Part shown: positions 28,477 through 37,617 of the stretch, in pieces | Layout of the letters: each line of letters starts with the position of its first letter | How positions within the stretch are numbered: the stretch's first letter is position 1 | Origin: Candidatus Hermodarchaeota archaeon | GTDB lineage: Archaea; Asgardarchaeota; Lokiarchaeia; Sigyniarchaeales; SOKP01 | Direction: 5' to 3' | Assembly: GCA_048885525.1 (NCBI GenBank) | Contig: JBHLLP010000005.1 | Location: 7,982 to 71,981, forward strand | Length of the DNA stretch: 64,000 bases | Notes under the pieces: model-generated | The model's database searches: none | What the model was told of the DNA's origin: nothing | The model's input: only the letters and a program-made list of their open reading frames with translations | Translations under genes and position numbers: made by a program

Positions 28477-29139
28477 TTACATTTCCTTTTTCTTAAAATT
28501 CAATTGATATACAAACCAATTTCCAAATTGATCATCTAATTCAAAACCAGCTTCATCTGCCCACTTTTTTTCTGTTTTGCGCCTCGGGTAATCAGGATCA
28601 GGAATCATTTCACTTAACGATATTAACCCATTAGGTTTTAAAACTCTTTTAATTTCTTTAAGAGCTCGTATAGGTTCTGGAATTTCGGGAAGACAAGCAA
28701 TCATTAGAATACGATCAATGCTTTCATCTTCAAACGAGAGATTATACACATCTTCTATTTTAGGGATAATATTAATAATATTCTCTTTTTCTATTCTTTT
28801 TTTTAACCTATTTATTACTGATTCTTGGATATCTATAGCAAACACTTTTCCTTTCGGTAAAACATTTTTTGCGATTGCTTTTGTATAGCTCCCTTTTCCT
28901 GGTCCAATTTCAACTACTATCATACCAGATTCGAGATTCATCCTTTCAGCTATCTTTTTAGGTTTTTGTATAAATTTCCTTCTAATAGGATTGTCTATTA
29001 GAAGTGTCATAAAACCAGGGATCGGAAATTTATGATATCTTCGAATTATTCTTAATATGATAAATACAATAAAGAATAAAGTTCCCAGGATTATAAGAAA
29101 TGTCAAAAAAATGATTCTTAAGATAAGCCAAATATCCAT
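28477..29139 (-). CDS. Membrane-anchored class I SAM-dependent methyltransferase
   Basis: N-terminal TM helix; motif I VVEIGPGKGSYT. Confidence 0.75.
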   Translation of the reverse strand: MDIWLILRIIFLTFLIILGTLFFIVFIILRIIRRYHKFPIPGFMTLLIDNPIRRKFIQKPKKIAERMNLESGMIVVEIGPGKGSYTKAIAKNVLPKGKVFAIDIQESVINRLKKRIEKENIINIIPKIEDVYNLSFEDESIDRILMIACLPEIPEPIRALKEIKRVLKPNGLISLSEMIPDPDYPRRKTEKKWADEAGFELDDQFGNWFVYQLNFKKKEM

Positions 29140-29230
29140 TGATATTAAACTCTTGAAATTCTACGAAGTTTGTTTAATTAACTAAATAAAAGAATAATCC
29201 TTTTAAAGTTCTTTAAATAATAAAATAACC

Positions 29231-30160
29231 ATGGATCTTAGCACGGGAAAACCAATTGAATTATCAGATAAAAGTCTATTCGATGAATATTTTAGCAAAT
29301 ATCCCCCAGAAAGTTCTGAATTTACATTTACTAACTTGTTTATGTGGAGGAATTATTATAATTTCTTATTTATGGAATTTGAGGGGCATTTAATCCTACA
29401 TTCTAAAGATTATTTAAGAAACAGAAAAAAACCGATTAATGCAGACTCTAATAATTATATTTACTTCTTTCCTCCAATAGGTCTTTATCCAGAAAAAATC
29501 ATTATTAAATTATTTGAAAATTTTGAGAATATAGAAATACATAGGGTTCCAGAAGAAATATGTGAAAAATTAGCTCAAAATGAGAATTTTACTAAATTAA
29601 ATTTAGGTTGCATTGAAGATAGGAATAATTGGGATTATGTATATAACAAAGAAGAAATTCTCAATTTAGCTGGAAACAAGTATAGGCAAAATCGAAGGTG
29701 GTTACAAAAATTCCTAACCAATTACAATCACGATTTTAAGTTAATAACGGAAAAAGATATTGAAAAGTGTAAAGAACTTCAATTGGAATGGTGTATAATG
29801 AGAGCTTGCACTGAAGATGAGAGTTTAGAGGCTGAACAAGCGGCGATTTATGAAGCCTTGAACAATTTTAACGCTCTAAAATTTAAGGGGGGAATACTAT
29901 GTGTTGATGATAAATGTGCTGCTTATACTTTTGGTGAAATGTTAAATACTAAAACTTTAGTAATTCATATTGAAAAGGCTCACATGGAATATGAAGGATC
30001 CTATCAAGCCATCAATAACTTCTTCTTAAAAAACTGTTGTGTAGATGCTATATGTGTTAATCGGGAACAAGATTTAGGGATAGAGGGCTTAAGAAGGGCA
30101 AAAGAGTCGTATAAGCCAATTAAAATGAATAAAAAAAGTATTGTCTATAAAATAGTGTAA
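29231..30160 (+). CDS. DUF2156 family protein (GNAT-fold, lysyl-PG synthase C-terminal-domain-like)
   Basis: FTFTNLFMWRNYYNF and overall DUF2156-like pattern. Confidence 0.55.
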   Translation: MDLSTGKPIELSDKSLFDEYFSKYPPESSEFTFTNLFMWRNYYNFLFMEFEGHLILHSKDYLRNRKKPINADSNNYIYFFPPIGLYPEKIIIKLFENFENIEIHRVPEEICEKLAQNENFTKLNLGCIEDRNNWDYVYNKEEILNLAGNKYRQNRRWLQKFLTNYNHDFKLITEKDIEKCKELQLEWCIMRACTEDESLEAEQAAIYEALNNFNALKFKGGILCVDDKCAAYTFGEMLNTKTLVIHIEKAHMEYEGSYQAINNFFLKNCCVDAICVNREQDLGIEGLRRAKESYKPIKMNKKSIVYKIV

Positions 30161-30165
30161 TTTAG

Positions 30166-30975
30166 TTATTGTTTATCTCTAATTTTTTCCTTTTTAAAAG
30201 CATATAAAGCTTTTAACGGTAAGGTTGTAAGAAATGCTATATATTCGCGTTCCTTTACTTCAGGATCGTTATTTTGTGCTGTTAATAATTCAATATTCTT
30301 TTTAACAAAATCTAGCTCTGCTTTCTTATATTGCTCATAATATTTTTCACTGAAATAGCTATAACCAATAGAAGGTGCCAATTTCGATTCAAAGCTAAAA
30401 TATTTGTCATATATTTTTTTTGCATTTGGGAGATCATCAAGGTGTAATTCAAAACTATTTAATAATGGCTTTAATAAGTCTAATAGTTTTTTAAAACTAT
30501 GAATTGCAACTCTACAAAGATCTATTTCTTTTCTGTAGAATTCAACTAATTTTTTTGGATCTGCTGGTGATTCGTGACTAATCGGACTATATTCAAGTAC
30601 TTGTAGTACTTTTTTATTTAGTTGATATAATTTTGGAGGGATTTTTCCTTTTTGATGCTTCTCAGCTTTTCGTGAAATAATCATACCGTCTTCTTCCATA
30701 CTTTTAAGATGTCTAGCTACTGTAGATTTACTTTGTTCAACCATGTGACTAATTTGGGTTATATTCAATTCACCAAATACTGATAAAATGCTCATAAGAT
30801 CAAATCGTATATTATATTTACCCAATAGATGAAACCAGTTTTCAATTGTTTTGATTTCTTTATCATTCAATTTTACTTCAATTTTTTCTCCATTTGGTAA
30901 GGTTATAGTGAATTTTTGTTCCTTATCCACTTTCAGCTTTTCCGGTACAATTTCACGGAATTCTTCTTTAGACAT
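30166..30975 (-). CDS. ArsR/TrmB-like winged-helix regulator with long C-terminal helical domain (cassette 1)
   Basis: LNITQISHMVEQSKSTVARHLKSMEEDGMIISRK. Confidence 0.65.
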   Translation of the reverse strand: MSKEEFREIVPEKLKVDKEQKFTITLPNGEKIEVKLNDKEIKTIENWFHLLGKYNIRFDLMSILSVFGELNITQISHMVEQSKSTVARHLKSMEEDGMIISRKAEKHQKGKIPPKLYQLNKKVLQVLEYSPISHESPADPKKLVEFYRKEIDLCRVAIHSFKKLLDLLKPLLNSFELHLDDLPNAKKIYDKYFSFESKLAPSIGYSYFSEKYYEQYKKAELDFVKKNIELLTAQNNDPEVKEREYIAFLTTLPLKALYAFKKEKIRDKQ

Positions 30976-31242
30976 TTTTTAAATCATCACTCTAAAATTC
31001 ATTAATTTTTTTCATATCGTGTTAGTTTCAGTTTTTTTCTTTAATAATAATATAGCGTATTATTTTTTTAATTTTTTGGTTTGACAGTCCGTTTCATAAA
31101 TTTATACATTTTAGTATTTGAGATTGTTTTTTCTCGATTTAATAGTTCTATTCAATATCATACCAATGATAAGATTTAAATATGAAACGTCCCAATATTA
31201 TAATGCCATATTGAAAATTAATTTAAAAATAAAAAATAAGAT

Positions 31243-31950
31243 TTGATGAAAAAAATATTTGAGGTGAAAATGATAGTGAAAAAGAAATCAAATGTGACTA
31301 AAGGACTGATCGTCGCAACACTTTTAATAACGATCATTACACTTCTTACAACAGTGAACGCTTGTGCCTCTAATCGCGTCTATTTCATGGCAATAGGAGA
31401 TGATCTAGATCTCGCTAGAACTAATAATTTTATCATAGGTAATATTAAACTCGGTGAAGACGGTGAGCCTGAATCGGCAGGAGTATTTTTCTATTCAAAA
31501 ATCTATGATGAATCAGGTCAATATGCAATGATAGGAATGACCACAAATGGGATTCTGGTAACCGACCAATTAACATTTTATTGCCCAGTCTTTAGTGTCT
31601 GGTTCACTAATGTGTGGGCTTTCGTGGGTGAGGGATTGTTTAGAACTACTGATACCAATATCGACTTAGTTTTTCGAAGAACATTTCCAATAACCATGCC
31701 AAATACCGAAGGTCAATGGGTCCCAGCTTCCATTTTTATATGGCTAAGCCCTACAGGTGAATATTATGAAGGTGATCCCGAAGATCCCAATTATCCCCCT
31801 CAACCGATAGGCGAAGTTCAAATTATGGAACCAGGATGGGCCCTTGCTGGGGTTTTTTGGAATGTTAGCATCCCAATGGATGTGGGGTTTGGATTAGGTA
31901 TATTACCGATCGGTCCGATATCCTATTTGACATCATACATAGAAATATGA
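31243..31950 (+). CDS. Secreted or membrane-anchored protein, unknown function; probable start at ATG 31270 after GAGGTG
   Basis: N-terminal signal or anchor (GLIVATLLITIITLLTTVNACAS). No recognised family. Confidence 0.5.
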   Translation: MMKKIFEVKMIVKKKSNVTKGLIVATLLITIITLLTTVNACASNRVYFMAIGDDLDLARTNNFIIGNIKLGEDGEPESAGVFFYSKIYDESGQYAMIGMTTNGILVTDQLTFYCPVFSVWFTNVWAFVGEGLFRTTDTNIDLVFRRTFPITMPNTEGQWVPASIFIWLSPTGEYYEGDPEDPNYPPQPIGEVQIMEPGWALAGVFWNVSIPMDVGFGLGILPIGPISYLTSYIEI

Positions 31951-32074
31951 GTCCCATAACGCTAAGTCATTTGTAACAGATAAAAAATATATTCTAAAAT
32001 CTTTTTTTTTTAAACCGCTTTAACCATCAATTTGATGATAATATCAAAATAAAAAAAAATGAATTGATAAAAAA

Positions 32075-32464
32075 ATGACCGAAATTAAAAAACTTACAAA
32101 AATTGCTCTTATAGTGGATGCTGTTATTTTTATTATATTTGGAACCATGCTTATCTTTCTATATGATGCGACGTTGAATACGGAGGGTTGGACAAATCCA
32201 TTATTTCCAAGAGGTTTTGGGGGTCTTATCTATGTCGCTGCTCTTTACGCAGTTATAATGCTTCGCAAAAAGGAATGGGAAGAGATTAAATTGGCATATT
32301 TATTTTTGTTTAGCTTGTGTATACCAGTAATAATTATTGAAGCTACAGTATTAGGAGTGCTTGGGTCAACTTTTAAGGTTGTAACTGTCTCTCAGATGAT
32401 CTTCGACTTGATTATGATTAGTGCAAAGGTAGCTCTTGGCTTTGTCGCTTATTTCCGACAGTGA
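32075..32464 (+). CDS. 4-TM small membrane protein, paralogue of 33712..34116
   Basis: MTEIKKLTKI... The first 10 aa are identical to the paralogue. Hydrophobicity pattern and the KKEWEE/KKDWEWE loop are shared. Confidence 0.6.
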   Translation: MTEIKKLTKIALIVDAVIFIIFGTMLIFLYDATLNTEGWTNPLFPRGFGGLIYVAALYAVIMLRKKEWEEIKLAYLFLFSLCIPVIIIEATVLGVLGSTFKVVTVSQMIFDLIMISAKVALGFVAYFRQ

Positions 32465-32544
32465 GGATAAACGCAAAAAATGAATAATTTTTAAATTAAA
32501 TTTTTTTTCTTTTTATTTTTTCTATATATATTCAGGAACTAATG

Positions 32545-33246
32545 CTATTTTTTATTGATAAATTTTTTTAACTCCATTTCTTCAAATAGAATTTTAACCG
32601 GTATACCCGCGTGAAACCAATAAATGTATTTTTCTTGATTAGGGTTTTCCTTTTGTTCCTTGATACACTGTTCTTCAAATTCTATAATAAATTTATAAAG
32701 TAGTTTCTGCAATCTCTTCCATTGATTCTCAGTAAAAAAGAACCTGCCCCCAAAAAAATGACTAATATCGAGTTTTGTGTAATTTACCGTTTTATAAATT
32801 TCTTTATAAATTTCTACTATATCGTCAGAATCAGTTTCTTCTAGATATTCACAGAATTTAATACATTTATCTAAAATTCTTCTATTATACAATACTGAAG
32901 ATTTTGTTGATTTAGCAATTTTTTGAACCAGTTCTTTATTAAACCCATGTGAAAGATCATAAGCAGCTATTAAGGTTATTTCATCAGCATCAGGAGTTAG
33001 AGAATAATAATGGGCTTCTATATTAGCCCGAACATGTTCTTTTTTAGAAATTTCAACAATTCCAAGCTCGATCAATTTTTGCAAATGAGGATGTATTGTA
33101 GATTTTGACTTTCCTAATTTTTTCGCTAGTTCAGTAAAACTTAATTCAGGATATACGTTTAATAGACCCCATATTCTAAATCGTATTCCTGTTAAATCTG
33201 AAATATCTATTGTTGATTTTATTTCATTCTCTTCCAAATCACCCAC
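32545..33246 (-). CDS. ArsR/TrmB-like winged-helix regulator with C-terminal helical domain (cassette 2)
   Basis: LSFTELAKKLGKSKSTIHPHLQKLIELGIVEISKK. Confidence 0.65.
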   Translation of the reverse strand: MGDLEENEIKSTIDISDLTGIRFRIWGLLNVYPELSFTELAKKLGKSKSTIHPHLQKLIELGIVEISKKEHVRANIEAHYYSLTPDADEITLIAAYDLSHGFNKELVQKIAKSTKSSVLYNRRILDKCIKFCEYLEETDSDDIVEIYKEIYKTVNYTKLDISHFFGGRFFFTENQWKRLQKLLYKFIIEFEEQCIKEQKENPNQEKYIYWFHAGIPVKILFEEMELKKFINKK

Positions 33247-33430
33247 CTTTAAGACAATTTAATGAATCTTAAAAAACAAGTTTTTTCTATTAATTACTTC
33301 ACTTTATATCTCTTCTTTATTTGTTTTAATAGAATCAATTCAAGTTTATAAGTATTATTAATAATACGAATAATAAATAATCGAATATATAAATAATCTT
33401 ATTATTTTAATATTATATTGTCGGATTATG

Positions 33431-33442
33431 TCGAATCGATTC
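33431..33442. promoter_or_regulatory. Palindromic motif TCGAATCGATTC (candidate operator)
   Basis: A CG-containing palindrome in an otherwise extremely AT-rich 465-nt divergent intergenic region. A second copy is at 33626-33637. Confidence 0.3.
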
Positions 33443-33625
33443 ATACAAATTCATGTTTTTATTATAAATTTATAAAGTGTTTTTTAAAAATTTTGATTTC
33501 TATTATTCGAAGTATATCGAAATATTTAAATATGAATGTGATCTAATTTATTAATAAAGCCGAATAATGAAAGGTTCACTATTCTTTAGTATATAATGGT
33601 CTTATAAAAGTATACTAAGATTGGG

Positions 33626-33637
33626 CGAATCGATTCG
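33626..33637. promoter_or_regulatory. Perfect 12-nt palindrome CGAATCGATTCG (candidate operator)
   Basis: Same core as 33431-33442. About 75 nt upstream of the 33712 start. Confidence 0.3.
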
Positions 33638-33711
33638 GAGAATCTAACAAAAATCAAATAACGAAATCTAACGCCAAATTAAAAATAAAAAAAAAGAGTC
33701 TATAACAAAAA

Positions 33712-34116
33712 ATGACTGAAATTAAAAAACTTACAAAAATTTCACTTTTAGCAGTTGGTATCGTTAATATCTTATATGGGCCTATGTTATTATTTCTTCC
33801 TAATCTTTTTATAAACCTAGGTGTTATAACTCCTACGACAAATCCTTATATTCTGAGATTTGGTGGTGCAACTTTATTAGGAATGGCAATTTTCGCATTT
33901 GTAATTTTAATCAAAAAGGATTGGGAATGGGAAAAGGTAAAATTGGCATATGCATTTCTATATTATCTGTTAATTGCGAACATAATCCTGGAACCTACAA
34001 AGCTAGTATTTTCAATACCCACTAATATGATGATTTCTCAGACGATCATGGATTTAATCATAATGTCTGTACTTCTTGTTCTTGGTGTTTACTCTTACAT
34101 CAAACAGAGAGAATAA
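33712..34116 (+). CDS. 4-TM small membrane protein, paralogue of 32075..32464
   Basis: MTEIKKLTKI... shared N-terminus and topology. Confidence 0.6.
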   Translation: MTEIKKLTKISLLAVGIVNILYGPMLLFLPNLFINLGVITPTTNPYILRFGGATLLGMAIFAFVILIKKDWEWEKVKLAYAFLYYLLIANIILEPTKLVFSIPTNMMISQTIMDLIIMSVLLVLGVYSYIKQRE

Positions 34117-34173
34117 ATAGAAAAATTAAAAATATAATTAATTAAAAATGATAAATCAAATCAAAAAGAAGAG

Positions 34174-34683
34174 TTGAGCAAAATTAATAGATCTAAATTA
34201 ATACCGAAAGTATTAGTAGGTTTAGTTGTTTTAGCAACAATCTTGGGCTTAACAACAGCAGCTAGAGCAGGTGTCCCTCCATTCATATGGGTTTACATGT
34301 CAGAATACAATCAGATTAGCAGTTTAGAAGGCGATGTAGAAGCTCCTCATGATGAGCCATGTTTATGGGGAGTTATGTCTGCTTGTAGTGAAGATGAAAT
34401 AGGATACTTTCCTCAACATCCCTATGATCATAAATTGTTTATTGATGGAGAAAAAATAGCTTTACTCAGGTTTGTGTGGATTGATAGGGATGGGTTGTTT
34501 GGATATCCAGACCTTAAATGGTGGGTTTATTATCAAGTTTTTGAAGCAGGTTATTTTGATGTAGGTTTGCATGAAATTAAGCATGAAATGTGGGTTCAAA
34601 AACCTTATTTTGGAAGCGAAATGTATGGATGGAGAATCTTTATAACTCTGACTTACACTTTAAATATTACTGAAAACGTATAA
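34174..34683 (+). CDS. Secreted protein, unknown function (TTG start)
   Basis: Signal or anchor VLVGLVVLATILGLTTAARAG. Trp/Tyr-rich mature part. Confidence 0.5.
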   Translation: MSKINRSKLIPKVLVGLVVLATILGLTTAARAGVPPFIWVYMSEYNQISSLEGDVEAPHDEPCLWGVMSACSEDEIGYFPQHPYDHKLFIDGEKIALLRFVWIDRDGLFGYPDLKWWVYYQVFEAGYFDVGLHEIKHEMWVQKPYFGSEMYGWRIFITLTYTLNITENV

Positions 34684-34919
34684 GAAATAATAATGAGGGT
34701 GAAGAAGGGCAATTTTAATTTTAAATCAGGATATAGAAAATGGAGGAGTTGGGTTAGATAAAATACTTCCTAATAAAGCTACTACTAAACCAACAATCCT
34801 CCATTCTATATTTCTTTTTTTTATATTTAAAGTTTGATATGTAATCCGAGAAAAAAATACATAAAAAAATTAATTTTCTAAAATTAAAAAAAGGGAAAAA
34901 ATTTATGGAATAAAAAGTA

Positions 34920-35438
34920 ATGAAGGGAGAAATTGATAAAAAGTTTGATGAAGCACTTAAACAATTTGAAGAGATATTTCCTAAACTAGATCCTACTGAA
35001 GGTGGCTGTGCGGAAGGCACAATGACAGGTATTTTAAATATACTAGGAATCCAAGATGGATTAATCAATAACATAATGATTCCTTTATCTGGTGGACTAG
35101 GTGGTTATAAGTCTGAAAAAGACTGGTATGGCCCATGTGGGGCGGTAGTTGGAGGGTGTGCTGCAATAGGAGCAATTTTAGGAGGAAAAGGAAGAGAAAA
35201 GATGTCTAATGATTTAATTCCTGTTGCTTATATGAAATCGGCACAATTTGCGAAAGAATTTGAGAAGGAATTTGGTTCAGTAATTTGCCCAAATTTATCT
35301 GGATATGATTTCAGTGAGCCAAATGCATTGACGAAATACATCGAAGATGGTACATGGGGAAAAAAGTGTTATAAGTACGTTCTATGGGCGATCGACAACA
35401 TAAGAAAATTAATGCAGGAAGAATTAGTAAAATTTTAA
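34920..35438 (+). CDS. C_GCAxxG_C_C family redox-active protein
   Basis: GGCAEGTMTG..., GGLGG...GPCGAVVGGCAAIG, then the later Cys residues (ICPNL, KKCYKY). Confidence 0.7.
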   Translation: MKGEIDKKFDEALKQFEEIFPKLDPTEGGCAEGTMTGILNILGIQDGLINNIMIPLSGGLGGYKSEKDWYGPCGAVVGGCAAIGAILGGKGREKMSNDLIPVAYMKSAQFAKEFEKEFGSVICPNLSGYDFSEPNALTKYIEDGTWGKKCYKYVLWAIDNIRKLMQEELVKF

Positions 35439-35624
35439 TAATAAATACTAATTTTTTTTTTTAATTTCTTGAATATTTTTAGTAATTTGGTAAATCTACT
35501 TAAGATATTTAATTATCAAGGAATTAAGAATTAGAAATCAAATTTTAATAAGAATTAAAAATTGAAATCGCTTAGATTTATATTTTTAAAATTTCTAAGA
35601 TCATTATAACTTATATTAATTTAT

Positions 35625-37292
35625 GTGGTATTAATGACAGAAGAAGGTTCACTAGAAGAAAAACCAGTAGGTAGATTAACTGGAAAAACGACAACACATA
35701 CAGTAACAGCGGTGTTTGAGGTTCCTTCAGTTGAAAGAAATAATTATTTAGTGGTTTATGGGGAAAAAGATAAAGAAGGAAGAAGATTATATTATGTGCT
35801 CTACATTATTGAAATGTGGACCGATGAGAAGGGGCGTCAAGCAAAATTAGGAGTCCTGGGAGAAAGACCGACAAAACCTTTTGAAATTGGAGCAGATATC
35901 TTCATGGCAAAACAAGAACAAATTTCAAAAATTTTAGGAATCTTCAACCCACCAGGCGAATCCCTCTCATTAGGAAAACTTATAGGTTATCCATATGAAG
36001 TGTATCTATTAATTAAAAATTTTGGCAGAATTTTCATTACTGGAAAATCTGGTTCCGGTAAATCTTATACTATGGGAGTTTTATGCGAGGAATTTCTTAA
36101 AAAGGGTATTCCTGTTGTCATTTTAGACAGACATGGGGAATATGGAAGTCTTAAGGTAGCTGGTGAGGATTTACCGGAAGGAGAGAGTGAATTTGTCGAT
36201 AAGATAGTAGAATTTTCTGATTTGAAGAAGAATAAGGGTGGTGATGTCGATATTGAATATTTATTTTCATTAAAACCCTTGGATATTGTTGCTCCAAATT
36301 TATGTACTGTTGTAAATCTAAATGGTCTGGCTTTAGAAGTTCAGGAAGCTATAGCAGGTAAATTACTAAAAAAATTATATGATGCAAGTACAACAAGAAG
36401 TATACCTCCTTTCTACTTGTTTTTAGATGAGGCTCATTTATTTGCTGGAAAGAAACAAACAGAAACATGTGAAGTAGTTAAATTATTTGCACAGGAAGGT
36501 AGAAAATTTGGTGCTAATATTGTTATAGGCACACAACGTCCTCAATTATTAGATACTACCATCAGAGCTCAAGCTGGTACTTGGGTAGTTCATAATTTAT
36601 CAGATATAAGAGATATCGGAATTACAATTTCAAGTGCGGAAGATTTAAGTAATGAAAATAAATCAGATATTTCAGGGTTAGATAAAGGACAGGCAATAGT
36701 CTGTGGAGAAGCTGTTAAAGGGATTCCTTTATTTGTTAAAATAAGATCACGACGAACCAAGCATGGTGGAGTTAGTTTTAATCCTTTAGATTTTCTTTCA
36801 GAAAGCACTGTAGAAGAGTTACAAAAAAGAAAGGAGAGACTTTTAGGAGGGAAATCCGCTGATGAATTAGAAACTGGAAAGTCAATGTTTGAAGAAATGT
36901 TGGAACCAAAAAAAGCAGCCGATTATTTGGATGAAATTGCTGCGTTAAAAGTCAGAATTCAGGAATTGGAAGATGAAGTTAATCGATTAAAACAAAAAGT
37001 AGCTGATGTGAAAGAAGGAAAAGAAATTCCGCTTATTGCTACTGATGAAACTATAGAAGAATTACAAACCGAAATAAATGTATGGAAGGAGAAATATAAC
37101 TTTTTAAAAGAAATGGCAGAAAAAGGTGGAGAAGATATGGTCCCCTTAGATGAAGGCAGCGAAATGGTATTAGATTTGAATAATAGAATAATAGAATTAG
37201 ATGCTCAAGTTAAAAAATATAAATCAAAGTATGATGATGCAATAATTTTAGCTGAAAAATCAATAGCTGAACTGAAAAAGCGAAAAAAGTAA
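35625..37292 (+). CDS. HerA/DUF87-type P-loop ATPase with C-terminal coiled coil
   Basis: Walker A ITGKSGSGKSYT, LDRHGEYGSL, Walker B FYLFLDEAHLF, EGRKFGANIVIGTQRP. The C-terminal 150 aa or so are heptad-rich. Confidence 0.85.
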   Translation: MVLMTEEGSLEEKPVGRLTGKTTTHTVTAVFEVPSVERNNYLVVYGEKDKEGRRLYYVLYIIEMWTDEKGRQAKLGVLGERPTKPFEIGADIFMAKQEQISKILGIFNPPGESLSLGKLIGYPYEVYLLIKNFGRIFITGKSGSGKSYTMGVLCEEFLKKGIPVVILDRHGEYGSLKVAGEDLPEGESEFVDKIVEFSDLKKNKGGDVDIEYLFSLKPLDIVAPNLCTVVNLNGLALEVQEAIAGKLLKKLYDASTTRSIPPFYLFLDEAHLFAGKKQTETCEVVKLFAQEGRKFGANIVIGTQRPQLLDTTIRAQAGTWVVHNLSDIRDIGITISSAEDLSNENKSDISGLDKGQAIVCGEAVKGIPLFVKIRSRRTKHGGVSFNPLDFLSESTVEELQKRKERLLGGKSADELETGKSMFEEMLEPKKAADYLDEIAALKVRIQELEDEVNRLKQKVADVKEGKEIPLIATDETIEELQTEINVWKEKYNFLKEMAEKGGEDMVPLDEGSEMVLDLNNRIIELDAQVKKYKSKYDDAIILAEKSIAELKKRKK

Positions 37293-37449
37293 TTTATTTT
37301 ATAATCTTTTTTGTTAATTCTCGTAGATCATTTTCTCTAAGGAAATTGGTTATTTTAGTTAATTTTTTTTAATTTTCTTAAACTATTTATGTGAATTATT
37401 AATTGCATAATTATTATTATAGTAGAATTTTACCAGGAGTAGTATTATA

Positions 37450-37617
37450 GTGAATATTGAAAGTATTAAAGAGTTACAACAAAAATTATCATCTTTACTT
37501 GGTGTATCTGTTCCATGTAGATATATCCACTCACCAAATTCCTTATTAAAACTTGAGGATATTTATAAGACTATTCAGCTGATTGAAGCTTTTATACGAA
37601 ATCCTGCTAATGTATAA
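37450..37617 (+). pseudogene. Remnant of the C-terminus of an M42-family (FrvX-like) aminopeptidase
   Basis: Translates to VNIESIKELQQKLSSLLGVSVPCRYIHSPNSLLKLEDIYKTIQLIEAFIRNPANV*. The PxRYxHSP ... C-terminal helix is typical of M42 enzymes. There is no upstream body, so only about 55 codons remain. Confidence 0.6.

Noticed and set aside
34742-34802. Imperfect inverted repeat GGAGGAGTTGGGTT ... AACCAACAATCCTCC, possibly a small RNA hairpin. Also the 106-aa antisense ORF 34754..35074.
   Set aside because: The stem is imperfect, the loop is about 30 nt, and there is no conservation evidence. The overlapping ORF is low complexity and overlaps the start of the C_GCAxxG gene. Neither is sufficient to call a feature.
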